Origin: Octopus bimaculoides
Lineage: Eukaryota
Reading direction: 5' to 3'
NCBI RefSeq assembly: GCF_001194135.2
Contig: NC_068986.1
Coordinates: 83,472,602-83,524,645 of the forward strand
Length of the DNA: 52,044 nucleotides
Shown here: piece by piece, positions 22,200 through 34,380 of the stretch
How the letters are laid out: every line of letters begins with the position of its first letter
How positions within the stretch are numbered: position 1 is the stretch's first letter
Made by a program: the position numbers and the translations under genes
The notes under the pieces: generated by a model
What the model saw: only the letters and a program-made list of their open reading frames with translations
Database searches by the model: none
Told to the model about the DNA's origin: nothing

Positions 22200-23041
22200 T
22201 GCCTGTTTGTTGCTTCAGTAGAAATCTAAGGATGCACAAACGCACAAAACAGAGAAAATGAAACAAATATGGACGACTTGTTCGGAGACACCTCTGAGTG
22301 GGGAAACAGGTCTCAAAAGTAACCCCCAATTGTTTTCCCCACAAATTCCTATGTCCTCGGAATCTACATAGTCTGAGGTTTATTTGTAGAGAATTTCATA
22401 GAAAAATATACATTTTCATGAAAGCGAAGACGAATTGAAGTGGACTCCGGTGAATTTTCAGAAATTTCCCACCCCCTTCTAAAACACCCCACAAAATTTT
22501 GTATATTGGGGTGGGGACAGAAATCTGTAGTTATGGCGACAAATTTGACACTTTCCTCCCAGGCATTGTTATATATGTATACAGAAATACACGAGTGCAG
22601 AAGATAGTAAACAATGAAAATAACTTGGTAACAGAAATTATGTTTCTTTATGTTTCTAAACAAGAAATTATAACGGTAAATAAAGTATTGTACAGGTTGA
22701 AGCGAAATTTGTGACTCAGTGAACCAAAGAGCCAGTATTGAAGGAACCAGAAAGAAACCGTCAACAACAGGGAAACACAAAACCGTACAGATTGAAATGA
22801 AATTTATGAAGATACTTCTGTCAGTAAATTATGAAATTAATTACATTAGTAATTGTGAACTTCTTTCTGTCAGTAATTTGTCGTTGTTTGTTTGTAAATA
22901 GCGATAGAAAGCTTAGACTTACATTGAAAACAATTACATGGAAGTTAAACAATGGCATAAGAAAATTGAAAGTGAAAAGAATAGCGTCTGAAAAATGCAA
23001 GTGAAAACAAGAGATATAGATAGAAATTGATGGATTGTTGT

Positions 23042-23414
23042 TGGCACTCCGTCGCTTACGACGTCAAGGGTTCCAGTTGATCCGATCAACGGAACAGCCT
23101 GCTCGTAAAATTAACGTGCAAGTGGCTGAGCACTCCATTGAAACGCGTACCCTTAACGTAGTTCTCGAGGAATATTCAGCGTGACAAAGTGTTACAAGGC
23201 TGACCCTTTGAATTACAGGCACAACAGGAAGTAAGAGTGAGAGAAAGTTGTGGTGGAAGAGTACAGCAGGGTTCGCCACCATCCCCTGCCGGAACGTCGT
23301 GGAGCTTTAGGTGTTTTCGCTCAATAAACACTCACAACGCCCGGTCTGGGAATCGAAACCTCGATCTTATGACCGCGAGTCCGCTACCCTAACCACTGGG
23401 CCGTTGCGCCTCCA
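23042..23414 (-). mobile_element. tRNA-derived SINE, family C, full length, inserted in the Helitron 5' region
   Basis: Reverse complement: GGAGGCGCAACGGCCCAGTGGTTAGGGTAGCGG (A-box)..GGTTTCGATTCCC (B-box)..tail GTTCCGTTGATCGGATCAACTGGAAC; high similarity to 49248-49627. Confidence 0.92.
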
Positions 23415-23694
23415 CAAGAGTGAGATAGATATAGAGATATACATAAAGAGATATGTTACGTCACTGACGTTAGAAAACCGGAAGTCAATATTTTAAAAAC
23501 TTTCAAAGACGTGAATGAAATATAAAAAGCAATATTTATTATTTTAAATAATTTTTCATAAAAAAATCAAACGAACAGCCTATAATTTGTCCAAGGTGGA
23601 ATTATTCACGCACCAGGAGTATGGAAGCAATTGGTGAAACCGTTTTCGCGTGAAAAGTGAACACGCACACATCTCTATTTTATATATCAGAAGA

Positions 23695-23706
23695 TATTGT
23701 GTGTGT

Positions 23707-23740
<34 letters not shown>

Positions 23741-23990
23741 TATATCATGTTTGTATATGTGTCTTTGTATCAGTGTTTGAGTCCCCGCCAGCTGGCCCAC
23801 AACTTGACAACGGGTGTTGGTGTGTTTACGTCCCTGTAACTTATCAGTTCAGCAAAAGCGACTGATTGAATAAGAACTACATTTAAAAAATAAGTCCTAG
23901 GGTTGATTTGTTCGACTAAAACTCCTCAATGTGGTGCTCCAGCATGACTCCAGTCAAATGACTGAAACAAGTAAAAGAATAAAAGAATAT
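23695..23990 (+). mobile_element. SINE family B, microsatellite and 3' half only
   Basis: cttgacaacgggtgttggtgtgtttacgtccctgtaactta..gactgaaacaagtaaaagaataaaagaata; begins at the Helitron 5' boundary. Confidence 0.8.
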
Positions 23991-24479
23991 ATATATAATA
24001 CTTATACATATATGTGTGTGTGTGTGTGTGTGTGTATTATACATTTGTTTAGCATATTTTGGGTAAAAACCTCATAACACACATTTAAGAGTTCCCATTC
24101 TTTTGTTCGGAAACTGCATGTTATCATACCTTGAAGTATCTTCGGATATAGGGATACAATTGGAACACGTTTCTGTTTAGTATTAATATAATAATAATAA
24201 TAATAATATAACATTAGGATGGAAGTTAGCAGGCTTTAATGGTAGATCGCGCCGTATGTTTCTGCACCACACATCAGCTTTAAGTTGCAAGGTTCATAAT
24301 CATATAGCATCATATAACATTACTCTTAAAAATTAGTATGTATTTGAATATTGTTTAATAACAGCTGCATGTGACTGCTTCATAGGGTGGAATCCCATAA
24401 AAAACTTTTAGATTTTACAGAATTTACCAACTCAAGGATGTACAATTCTCTGTCTGACTCTGCCTGCCTGCCTGCCTGT

Positions 24480-24520
<41 letters not shown>

Positions 24521-24530
24521 TGTCTGCCTG

Positions 24531-24574
<44 letters not shown>

Positions 24575-24612
24575 NNNNNNNNNNNNNNNNNNNNNNNNNN
24601 NNNNNNNNNNNN

Positions 24613-24640
<28 letters not shown>

Positions 24641-24646
<6 letters not shown>

Positions 24647-24965
24647 GTTGGCAACTAAGTTCCCACCGTTTTTTAAAATTCAAATTTCCATTTTTGAACT
24701 TGGCATAAGAAATCATGAGCGATTCTTTCAGTTATGGTACCCTCTCCATACATGGCCGAAATGTCGTGAGCAGCTTTTGCAGCCTTAGAACCTTGATTAA
24801 AAGCAAAAAGAAGGAGGTGTCGAAAATGCTCGTTTTTCTTAACTTGACATTCCATTTTAATGATCTGCAAATAAACATAAGTTAACTAAAATTAACTAGA
24901 AAAAGAAAAAATAGATTCCAAAATGATTCAAAAATAGAATACTCAAAAAAATAGATTCCAAAAAT
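24641..24965 (-). mobile_element. mariner deletion derivative (same family as 3586-4514)
   Basis: TA-TTAGGTTGGCAACTAAGTTCCCACCGTTTTTT TIR joined directly to the N-terminal coding region MECQVKKNEHFRHLLLFAFNQGSKAAKAA; second TIR absent. Confidence 0.9.
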
Positions 24966-26234
24966 CTGAATAATAATGTGACAATATTAGATACTAAAAA
25001 CGTTGAGATTCATGGTTTTCTGTCTTATTTTTAATGTGACTATCAGTTCAGTTAATTCTAGCCCTTTGACACATAATTTGATAACAGTGATGTAACTGGT
25101 TTCTCTAAATTTCAGTATTTAACTAACATAAATTTATGCCTTTGATAGCTTTTAATGTTGACACTAAATATTGTTTAAACTACTTTCATTAGTCTAGTAT
25201 ACATGTTCGTTTATGTCAATGCTGTCTTACCATCAACAGTGTCGTCTGCTTTCTCTATTAGATTTATCCTATTCTGATTCTATTTAAACATTTATTGGTT
25301 AAGATTGTTGAATTGCTGACCCCATGATTATTGTGATCTTTATATATTATTTTCTTTTTTCTTTTTCTTTCCTCACTTTCATTTTCCCCACATCCTCTCC
25401 TCTGAAATTTCACTGAGATCTTCGTCATTCTCTGTTTTTTTTCCATAAACTGTCCTCCCTGAATTATAAGTAGCTGGATCTCCCTCAATTAAAGCTAATA
25501 TTCTATTAATTCTGCAATAATTAATTGGTGCACGCTAATCAATAGGAATTAAGTAAATGAATAAGTAATACTTGAATTTATTTAATCAGAGTATTCCATT
25601 GATGTACTAAACAATATAACACAGTAAATAGAAATTTTTGAGGAAAAAAATGATTTAATAGGATCAATGTCATGTTTGGCACCTGCTGTCTGCCGATATA
25701 CAAGCCTATTCTGCTATCCACCCTTTCATTGATTGACTACAGTTCTGCTCACTTTACATTTCTTAGATACTGGTGATTTTTATTCGAAATTTCACTTGTT
25801 GATGGACCATTAGCAAGTCACTGCTCACTTATATATTTGGTGAGCCTGATGAGTCAAGAGTTGCACAACGTATTACATAATGTTATGGATGTCATGCACA
25901 CTACACACCTGACTGCAACATGCTTACATCACAATAAAGATTCATAATGAAACAATTGTAGCAATATCAGATAATCCATTCACCTGTTTTTATTATGTTT
26001 TTACACCACACTTAAGGTTCTATTCATCTTTGACATTACTGGAGTTCCAGATTACCAAACATAACAGTGAACTTCCCTTCATCAATGCATACCATGTTAT
26101 GGTAATGAATTACTTAACTGTCCTATTTGTATCATTCTGACTAGTAATCAAATGTAGCCTGCTTCACTTTGATATGCCTAGATCCTTAATCGATCCTCTT
26201 TAATCAATCTCTCTCCCTCTCTTTACATATAGAT

Positions 26235-26345
26235 AGGCTCAGGCATGGTTGTGTTGTTAAGAAGCTTTCCAATCATATAGTTTTGACTTCAGTTCCATTG
26301 TGTGACACTTTGGGCAAGTGTCTTCTACTATGAGTGGATTTGGCT
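26235..26345 (+). mobile_element. SINE family B, head fragment
   Basis: ggctcaggcatggttgtgttgttaagaagc..cactttgggcaagtgtcttctact. Confidence 0.7.
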
Positions 26346-26471
26346 GTTTTTTCTAACCTATCTCTCCATCTCCTTCTTCTGTGACCCAACCCACGCCACC
26401 TTGTCATTCCCCTCTCTTTTCCCCACTTTCCCTGTCTACTGTATCATTTCTATTTTGCTACCGTTCCTCCA

Positions 26472-26518
<47 letters not shown>

Positions 26519-27549
26519 CTCTCCACACACGCACACACACACGTGTGTGTGTGCTTATGATTTAGGTGACTAAATATCTAAGCATGAATGTGTGTGTTTG
26601 AAGGTGTGCATGCAAAAATTGATATGTAATCAGATGAAAGTGCAGCTATGCGTATGCACTTGAGTATATAAAGGTGTATGTATGTATGTCTTTGTTTGTT
26701 AGTAAGTATGTGTGTGTTTTGAATGTATATGCAGTTAAGCATATATGTTTGTGTTTGGAAGTGTATGTAATTTGTCATGTGTGTGTATGTGTAAGTATGT
26801 GTATGTGTGTGTGAGTTTTAGATGTATGTGTGCATGCATGTGGGTTTAAAGGTGAGTGGGAATAAGCATGTTTGTGTGTTTGGAGATATGTGTGAGTAAG
26901 CATGTGTTCATGAGTTCGTTTAGAAATATAATACAAAAATTCATACTTAAGTGCAATAATAAACTTGTATATATGCACATGGAGGAATGTATATGGGTGT
27001 GCACATGTGCACATGCATGTGTGTATGTGTGCATGCTTTGAGGTGTAAGTTAGCATGCAATGTATATGTGTGTGTATGGTGTATGTGTCTGTCTATATGT
27101 GAGTGTACATGTGTGAGTATGTGTGTGCATTTAGTATGTACATGCAAAACTTGACACTTAAGTGCAATAATCAAAGTGCATATATTCACATGAAAGCTTT
27201 CGTATGTGCAGCAGCTAAAAGAACAGGGGCCATAAATAGAATGCAAAAAGCCTGTTTGTAGTTAACCCAATCAAAGAGGTGAAACATGTGAATGCATGGA
27301 GAGGACTGTAGGTACAAAGAAAAAAAGGAAATAATTAGAGGGTTGAAAAGTTTTTGTAAAGCAACAAAAGTAACAAAATTTGTTCAGTGAGTTCATAGGA
27401 ATGTTTTAATTTTAGAGGTGTGTGTGAAGATTAAATTTATCAAACACTTAATTATTCTAAATTATATGATGCTGATTAAAACAGAACCTCCCACTTTTCT
27501 CATCTACTCCTACACCCCCACACTCACACACAACTTGCTTCTTTCAGTT

Positions 27550-27660
27550 TCTATTGAATCAAATCCACTCACAAGGCTTTGATTAGCCCTGGGCTATAGT
27601 AGAAGACACTTACCCAAGGTGCTGGGAAGAGAGACTGAACCCATGAACACTTGGTATGGA
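27550..27660 (-). mobile_element. SINE family B fragment
   Basis: aatccactcacaaggctttg..gctatagtagaagacacttacccaaggtgc. Confidence 0.7.
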
Positions 27661-28700
27661 TGTTTTGAAATAAATATCAGTTCACTCCAGACATGATAAA
27701 AATATGGTGTACTAGACATGAAAATGTCGGTGGTAGTGGAGGCTGGGATATATAATATATCTACATTTGGAGCTGTCACATTATTTCCCCATTAAACCTC
27801 CATTTGCTGTTCTCTCCTTTTCGATAATCTCTCATCTCTCTCACCCTCTCTCATATTCACGGTTGCATACTGTCTGTTTATATTCTATCCCATCTCCCAC
27901 CACCCCATCACACTACTTCTCTTTCCTATCACTTCAGTTTAATGAGAGATTGTACTGGATCTGTCTGCATTTGAAAGCTTTACCTCCAGTGGTGTAGTTA
28001 CAGTGTATACCACCTGGGGCAGTGTTTGAGTTTTCCGCCTTCACACATGCCCCCACCTCCTATACAAGCTTATACAACAGATCCAAAAGTATTGCATGCA
28101 TAAAAGCATCACGTGGGACAGACCATTCCATTGCACCCCCCAGCTATGTTATTCCTCTCCCCTAGAGTATCTTCCAGTCTCTCTTACTATTGCTTATTTT
28201 TATTACTATCTGTCACACACTCACTAGCTAGCATTAGCTACCATCACTGTCTCTCTTCCATTACTTCACCTTCTACCACGCTCTCGTCCCAATTATTCTG
28301 TTCCATCACACTTTCTCTTCTTTCAGCCTTTTCCTCTTGTTCTTTAATCACTTTGTTTTCTATTTACTTTCTTTGTCATGTTGCTATGAAATCACATGGT
28401 TAAGTAATTTGTTTCAGAATAACACAGTTTTAGGTTCTATCCCATAGTATGATTCTTTTGACTGTTGTGCATGTGTATGGACACACATACACATATCTAT
28501 GTATTGATTTCAATAATTTGATAATTCTGTAAAATGTTGCGTATGACAGTGAAACATGGAAAATAACAACTCTCTCCATCAACAATGCCAATGGAAAATC
28601 CTTCAAGTCACTTGGTGCGACAAAGTCCTAAAGTAAGAAATTCTTCTTCAGAATATATTTCAGCAGTCGCAAGATAACGTTGTACTGTGCCCAAATCTGG

Positions 28701-28955
28701 GTGGAGGAACGTGGCTTAATGGTTAGGGTATTGAACCCATGATTTTAAGATTGTAGTTTCGATTCCTGGACTGGGGGTTGCGCTATGTTCTTGAGCAAAA
28801 CACTTCATTTTAAATTACTCCAGTCCACTCAGCAGGCAAAAATGAGTAACCCAGCGATGGACCGATGTCCCGTCCAGATGGGGAATTTATAAGCCATGGA
28901 AATTGGAAAACTGGCCCTTATGAGTCAGCATAACTCGAGAAGTTAACTTTACCTT
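28701..28955 (+). mobile_element. tRNA-derived SINE with V/CORE-like middle and distinct tail (family E)
   Basis: gtggaggaacgtggcttaatggttaggg..gtttcgattcctgg..ttcttgagcaaaacacttc..cagcgatggaccgatgtcccgtccag. Confidence 0.8.
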
Positions 28956-29420
28956 TTTTACAAAACCATTTGGCAGGTCATATTTTGTGCAGTATGTAAA
29001 GATGCGATGACATGAAATTGGAAGAAAGATAAACAGGAAAAAGAGTTGGTTCAAGAACACCTGGTGATGGATATTCCCGGAAGACGTTAAATGCATGAGG
29101 ACAAGTTCGACAGGAGTATAAAGAACTTAACTAGATCGACCATGCTGACAAAAGCTTGCTGGCTGGAATTTGCATATACAACGCGGGAAAATCAAAGTAC
29201 GCACGCACGCACGCACGCGCGCGCACACACACACACAAAACCTCCCACTGTCGAAATTCTTCACGTAGACATGTAGAACGCATGTCTACGAGGAGAATTT
29301 TCTTCTGAGACTATCTTCGCAATGGAAGGTCTTCTTACATCTAAATGAACTTGAAAGTGTTAAATACGATATTACACGAATATATTTTATTCAACGCTGC
29401 TTCGTGCGACATTGTGTGTG

Positions 29421-29455
<35 letters not shown>

Positions 29456-29582
29456 GTTTGCGTGTGTGTGTGTGTGTAATGGATGGATGTGGTTCTCACG
29501 TTGAAGTCACCAATTGTAGCGTACAGATGAAAAGTTACATGATGTAGAAATAGGAATTCTTGTTCCGCGTCGGGTTGCTATA

Positions 29583-30023
29583 TGTAGATGGTTTAAAGTA
29601 GGATCAAACAGTGTAATAGCAACATCGAAGAGAAAAGAACGTTACAGACTTTATTTGAAGGCAGTGGCCAGTAATACGAACATGTCAGTATTCGCTTATT
29701 TTGACAATCAATGTTGTTGCTAGCGCGCTCTTAGTGTGTGGTGGAAGCTGTGTATGGCAGCCAAGTTATAGTCTGCTGATAGAGAGGAAGAAAGGGTAAG
29801 AAATGTGTTGGCTCTTTTCATTCGGCCGATGCTGTCGGTCAGACGGTTGAAAACCAAAGAGAGACTGAAACAAACCCCCTCAATCGGTTATATAAGGTTT
29901 GACCAGGAAGTAGGTCAAACCTAAAATAATGGATTGATTTTTCCACGACCACCGAAGGTGTTTGGAGATCAGGTGTTTCTCATTAATCTCTTAATATAGA
30001 GATAAAATACAAAGGATCAGACA
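29583..30023 (-). mobile_element. Candidate solo LTR (boundaries uncertain)
   Basis: Minus strand shows TATATAA followed ~28 nt later by TCAGT (Inr-like), AATAAA at 29655-29650, and TG..CA termini possible; no clean TSD found. Confidence 0.4.
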
Positions 30024-30091
30024 TTAAGTCTAACAAGCAACAAGTGTGTGTATTCGGTTTCGAATCTTAAGCTAAACAGGAAAACAATCCC

Positions 30092-30181
<90 letters not shown>

Positions 30182-30599
30182 ATGCATTGGATATATAGAC
30201 ATAAAGCAAGAGACTTGATCTGTAACTATGTATATAACCTGAATAATTACATCATGACAGAATCATGACAGCCCTTAAAAAACCATATATCGTTGTATTC
30301 ATTTTTCGTTTTATTCTGTTACAGTATTCTGTACAACCAATTGTCAAAAATATAAACGTATATCTACAACCTTTTCTGTGGTATTTCAATGCTATTGCAG
30401 TGAAAAAGAATGTCGGTGACTAGGCTACTAATGTATAGTACAATTACAACATAAATCAACACATAGGCATATTTTAAATGGTTATTATCAGATTTGCAAG
30501 AAGTAGTTGTTATAATTGTCAGGTAGGTCATTGATCTCTCAGTTGGGTGTGAGGTACGTCGTCGACCTCTCAGCTAGTAATTAATTGAATTAAATCAAA

Positions 30600-31240
30600 T
30601 CCAGACATATAAGGCTTTAGACCATCAGAAACAACATACCTCGTAGAATTTAGAGCAATAGAAAGAGCATTCATTATGGAGGAATTAAAGACAGCAGAAA
30701 TAGCATATATAGACGAATTAAGATCAACATAAATAGCATACATGAATAAGTTAAGACCAACATATAGAGCATATTTGGAGGAATTTAGACCAGGATAGTG
30801 GAACGTATGTGGCCTAGTGGTTAGGGTGTTGCACTCACGATCACAAAATAAGATCGTGGTTTCTATTCCTGGACAGGGTAGTCTGTTGTGCTCTTGAGCA
30901 AAATACTTGGTTTCAAGCTGTTCCAGTCTACTGAGTAATCCTGCGACGGACTGACATCTTGTTCAGGGAAAATGTTGTGATTTCGGCTACTTATACGCTA
31001 TGGAAACTGGGTAACTGTCCTTTTGACTCCTAGGATTCGAAACAGTATGGCCTTATGATGATGACAATGACAAAAAGCATACAAGAATGAATTAAGACCA
31101 ACATAAACAGCATATATAAAAGAATTTAGACCAACAAAAATTGAATAAATGAACAAATTTAGATTAACAAAAAAAGTGTATATGCATGAATTAAAGCCAA
31201 CAGATATCACATACATGGACGAATTAAGACGAACTTAAGT
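30600..31240 (+). repeat. Degenerate 33-bp minisatellite (GAATTAAGACCAACATAAATAGCATACATGGAC) split by a SINE
   Basis: About 5 units before 30797 and about 5 after 31088, most exactly 33 bp. Confidence 0.8.
30798..31060 (+). mobile_element. SINE family E copy
   Basis: gtggaacgtatgtggcctagtggttagggtgttgcactcacgatc..ctcttgagcaaaatacttg..cctgcgacggactgacatcttgttcagg. Confidence 0.8.
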
Positions 31241-31310
31241 AGCATTTTCGATCAACAGATATAGAATAGAAGGTAGAATTGAGATTAAGAGGAAATAAGG
31301 TAGACATAAG

Positions 31311-31733
31311 TGTAGCGGCACAAGCAGTCAGCGCCATATTGGATGAGATTTCGCCTGCAGCCATTGCCATCTCCGAGACTAGAGCGAGGTCTCCCCTGCA
31401 TCCATTTGCCATGCGCGAGGTCACAACAAGGCTCGCGATGGCAAACTGGATATAAGGGCCCGACAAACAAATTCTCTCTTTTCTTCACCGCAAGCGCTTG
31501 CTGGACACACATATTCGCTGGCTGGGTCTCCAGGCTAGTCCTGTGTGCACGTCGTATCTCCAGAGGTAATGGGCTCGCGTTAACGGAGATACAACGAAAC
31601 GTACACAGCTTGAGATGGTCTACTGAGAGCGACACACTTCATTTATTCCGTGTAACTATGTAAATAAAACTGGTTGTGAATTTGCATTTCCACTTGAGAC
31701 TTCTTTCCTCGCCTGCTGGAGCTTGAAACAACA
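31311..31733 (+). mobile_element. Candidate solo LTR (Gypsy-like termini)
   Basis: TGTAGC...ACAACA termini, TATAA at 31451, AATAAA at 31663, sharp GC/CpG-rich island of ~423 bp; flanks ATAAG/CAAAG are only a partial TSD. Confidence 0.55.
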
Positions 31734-32030
31734 CAAAGAACAATTTTAATGGGAGAAGGCGATATTCATCCGATATCGTGAACCTTGCCTCCCATTATAT
31801 AAGTTGTATAAATGGGGGAATAAAGGATACGATTATTTAAATTCACCAGAAATTCCTGACAAGAAGGAATTTATGCTAAAGAGAAATACTAAAATAGGCG
31901 AATCTACGTCATTACCACAATGTGTTCTCTATTGTCATTTAGTGTAGAAAAAACAATGTTGCAAGGAAGTTTGGATAGTCGGAATACATGGAAATATGGA
32001 TATAGAGGGAGAGAGAAAGTGAGGGAGAGG

Positions 32031-32093
<63 letters not shown>

Positions 32094-32640
32094 GGGGAAA
32101 CGAAAGTTGGATTGAGGAAACGAGACGGAAAGAAAGACATGGTAAGAGAACAGGAGAGAAATGGTAGTGAAGATGGTGTAGGAGTGAAGGTTATGTTGAG
32201 ATCTCAAACAGAAAGATATATGGTGAGAGATGGGATAAGAATGATAGACACATGGAAGACAGAAGATTATTATCAAATGTCTGCGTTATAATAATTTATA
32301 TATACACACACACACACACACATCACACACGTACATACATAATTACACACATACACAAACTCATATAAATTTATACATACCTATATATATATAATATATA
32401 GACAATATATAATATATAATATAATATAATATAATATAATATAATATAATATAGTATAATATAATATAATATATATATATATATANNNNNNNNNNNNNNN
32501 NNNNNNNNNNNNNNNNNNNNNNNNNNNNNNNNNNNNNNNNTCTTCCGATCTTATATATACATGTATATTTACATATATATACTCACATATGTACATATAC
32601 ATACATACATACATACATAGTACATATGTACGTACGTACG

Positions 32641-32676
<36 letters not shown>

Positions 32677-33114
32677 TGTACGTATGTATATATACATAAA
32701 TACATAGATACACACACATACATACGGTAAAGTAAATAGTGTTATGAAATTAATACACCCCTCGCTAGTAAATCCTTGGTAACTCAGATCGAAAGGCAGT
32801 TATATAGGAATATTAAGAACTCTATAGTTGAAACGAATGAAAAGAAAAAACAGAAAATTTAATTAAATAAATGCATAAAAATTATAAGATTGCATAATAT
32901 ATTTCTTTCTTTTCACTTCACTGACGAAAAAATAAGTAAAATGAACTCGTGGCAATATGATTCTCTTCCTTGCAATAGAAGTGAGCAACCAATAGACCAA
33001 AATCTTTATACATACATACACACACGTATATGCGTGTGTATACATACATATATGTATAGATACATACATATATACATATAGGTGTATATGTACACACACA
33101 CACACACACACAAA

Positions 33115-34128
33115 TCACAGTATCACTTTATCGACTATGCCATCAGATGCTGTTACATACCGCTGGCCACAATATGCTTCCTATTTTGTCTTGATTGCGC
33201 CATTCTTTTCCATCTTTATCCAAATTGCTTGACTAGATCGCTTTCCCACCAACGTGGAGACGTTCCAGTTGGTCTTTTCTAATCTCTTGTATACAACTTG
33301 GCAACTGCACGGGTCCACATGTCTAGCCCAGCGGAACTTGTGCTTTCTGTACTCTTCGATCACATCGTTCATTCAACTCCGTTCTCGAATTATCTTATTT
33401 TGAATGTGCCCTCTCAGTGATATTCCAAGCATGGATCTTTCTATAGCCCTTTGCCTCGTAGCCAATCGATGGTTTATCCTTTTTGTAGTAGTCCACGTCT
33501 CACTTGTGTATAAGAACGCAGGAAGGTTGGTACTATTGAAGAGTTTGGCACGTATCTAGTTTTGTTTGGAGTACATTCTTTATTGAGTTAAATGCATTTC
33601 GTCCTGTCCTTATTCTCTTTGAGATTTCAGCATCCATATGTCGGTTCATATTCACTGTCTACTCCAGGTAGACGTACTTCTTTACCTCCCCGATTTCATC
33701 GCTTTCCACCTCTATTCGGCCTTGTTCTACATCTTTAGATCGCATATATTTTGTTTCCATGAGGTTCATTTTAAAACCTGCTGGTAAGCTCTGAGTGTTC
33801 AGCTCTGTTAGCATGGCCTGTAGTAGGTCTGTAGTTTCAGCGATGAGTACAATGTCGACTGCGAACCAGAGGTGTGTTAGTCGCAAGCCATTGATGGTCA
33901 TGCCACTTGTCCAGTCGATGTCCTTGATGATCATTTCTATATATGTAGTAAAGAGCTTTGGAGAGATAGTATCTCCTTGCTTGACACCTTTCTCAAATGG
34001 GACCCTAACTGGTGGGGATAGCAGAGCTATATCTGTTGTGTATCCAGAGTTCGCATCTCTGAGTCGTTTGGTGTATTGCGCTTCGATACTTTGTATTTCC
34101 ATAGATTTCAACACTATGTTCACCTCGA
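33115..34128 (-). mobile_element. RTE-1-like LINE, 5'-truncated RT (different subfamily)
   Basis: ORF 33659-34123: KGVKQGDTISPKLF..LTHLWFAVDIVLIAE..GFKMNLMETKYM..KKYVYL; downstream HKFRWARHV. Confidence 0.92.
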
Positions 34129-34180
34129 CACTATATATATATATATATATTCAAATATGAATTAAAAGCAGCTCGAGGGA

Positions 34181-34380
34181 TATAAACAATATAGAACACA
34201 CACATATACAAAGTCTGTGTTTTTCTAAAGGGACCTGATGTGAGTTATCTCGCTTGTCTAGACTTCCAGGTGTTTTAATTCCAGGCGAATTCATGAAAAT
34301 ATATTCTGTTACGCCTATAAGCGCAGCCTATCCACGAACTAGTGAAGGACATACTTTGTGTGTGTTCGATATTGTTTATA
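34181..34380. mobile_element. 200-bp MITE-like element with 24-bp TIRs, TA ends
   Basis: TATAAACAATATAGAACACACACA at the left; reverse complement of the right end is TATAAACAATATCGAACACACACA (23/24). Confidence 0.6.

Larger units (their letters stand above)
20773..23694 (-). mobile_element. Helitron, internally deleted; 5' terminus at 23694; 3' terminus not visible (possibly in the gap)
   Basis: Three RepHel segments (21588-22199, 21279-21494, 20773-21138). 5' end A|TCTTCTGATATATAAAATAGAGATGTGTGCGTGTTCACTTTTCACGCGAAAACGG is typical of animal Helitrons. Confidence 0.8.

Noticed and set aside
22364-22901. ORFs inside the Helitron 5' region
   Set aside because: No RepHel motifs or other recognisable protein; AT-rich chance ORFs.
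23330-23414. tRNA gene calls for SINE heads (also 49545-49627 and 10636-10720)
   Set aside because: A/B boxes are present, but the heads continue into SINE bodies and lack a clean acceptor stem or anticodon arm; treated as tRNA-derived SINEs.
25846-25880. CTGATGAGTC..AACGTA hammerhead-like string
   Set aside because: Lacks GAAA and a stem I.
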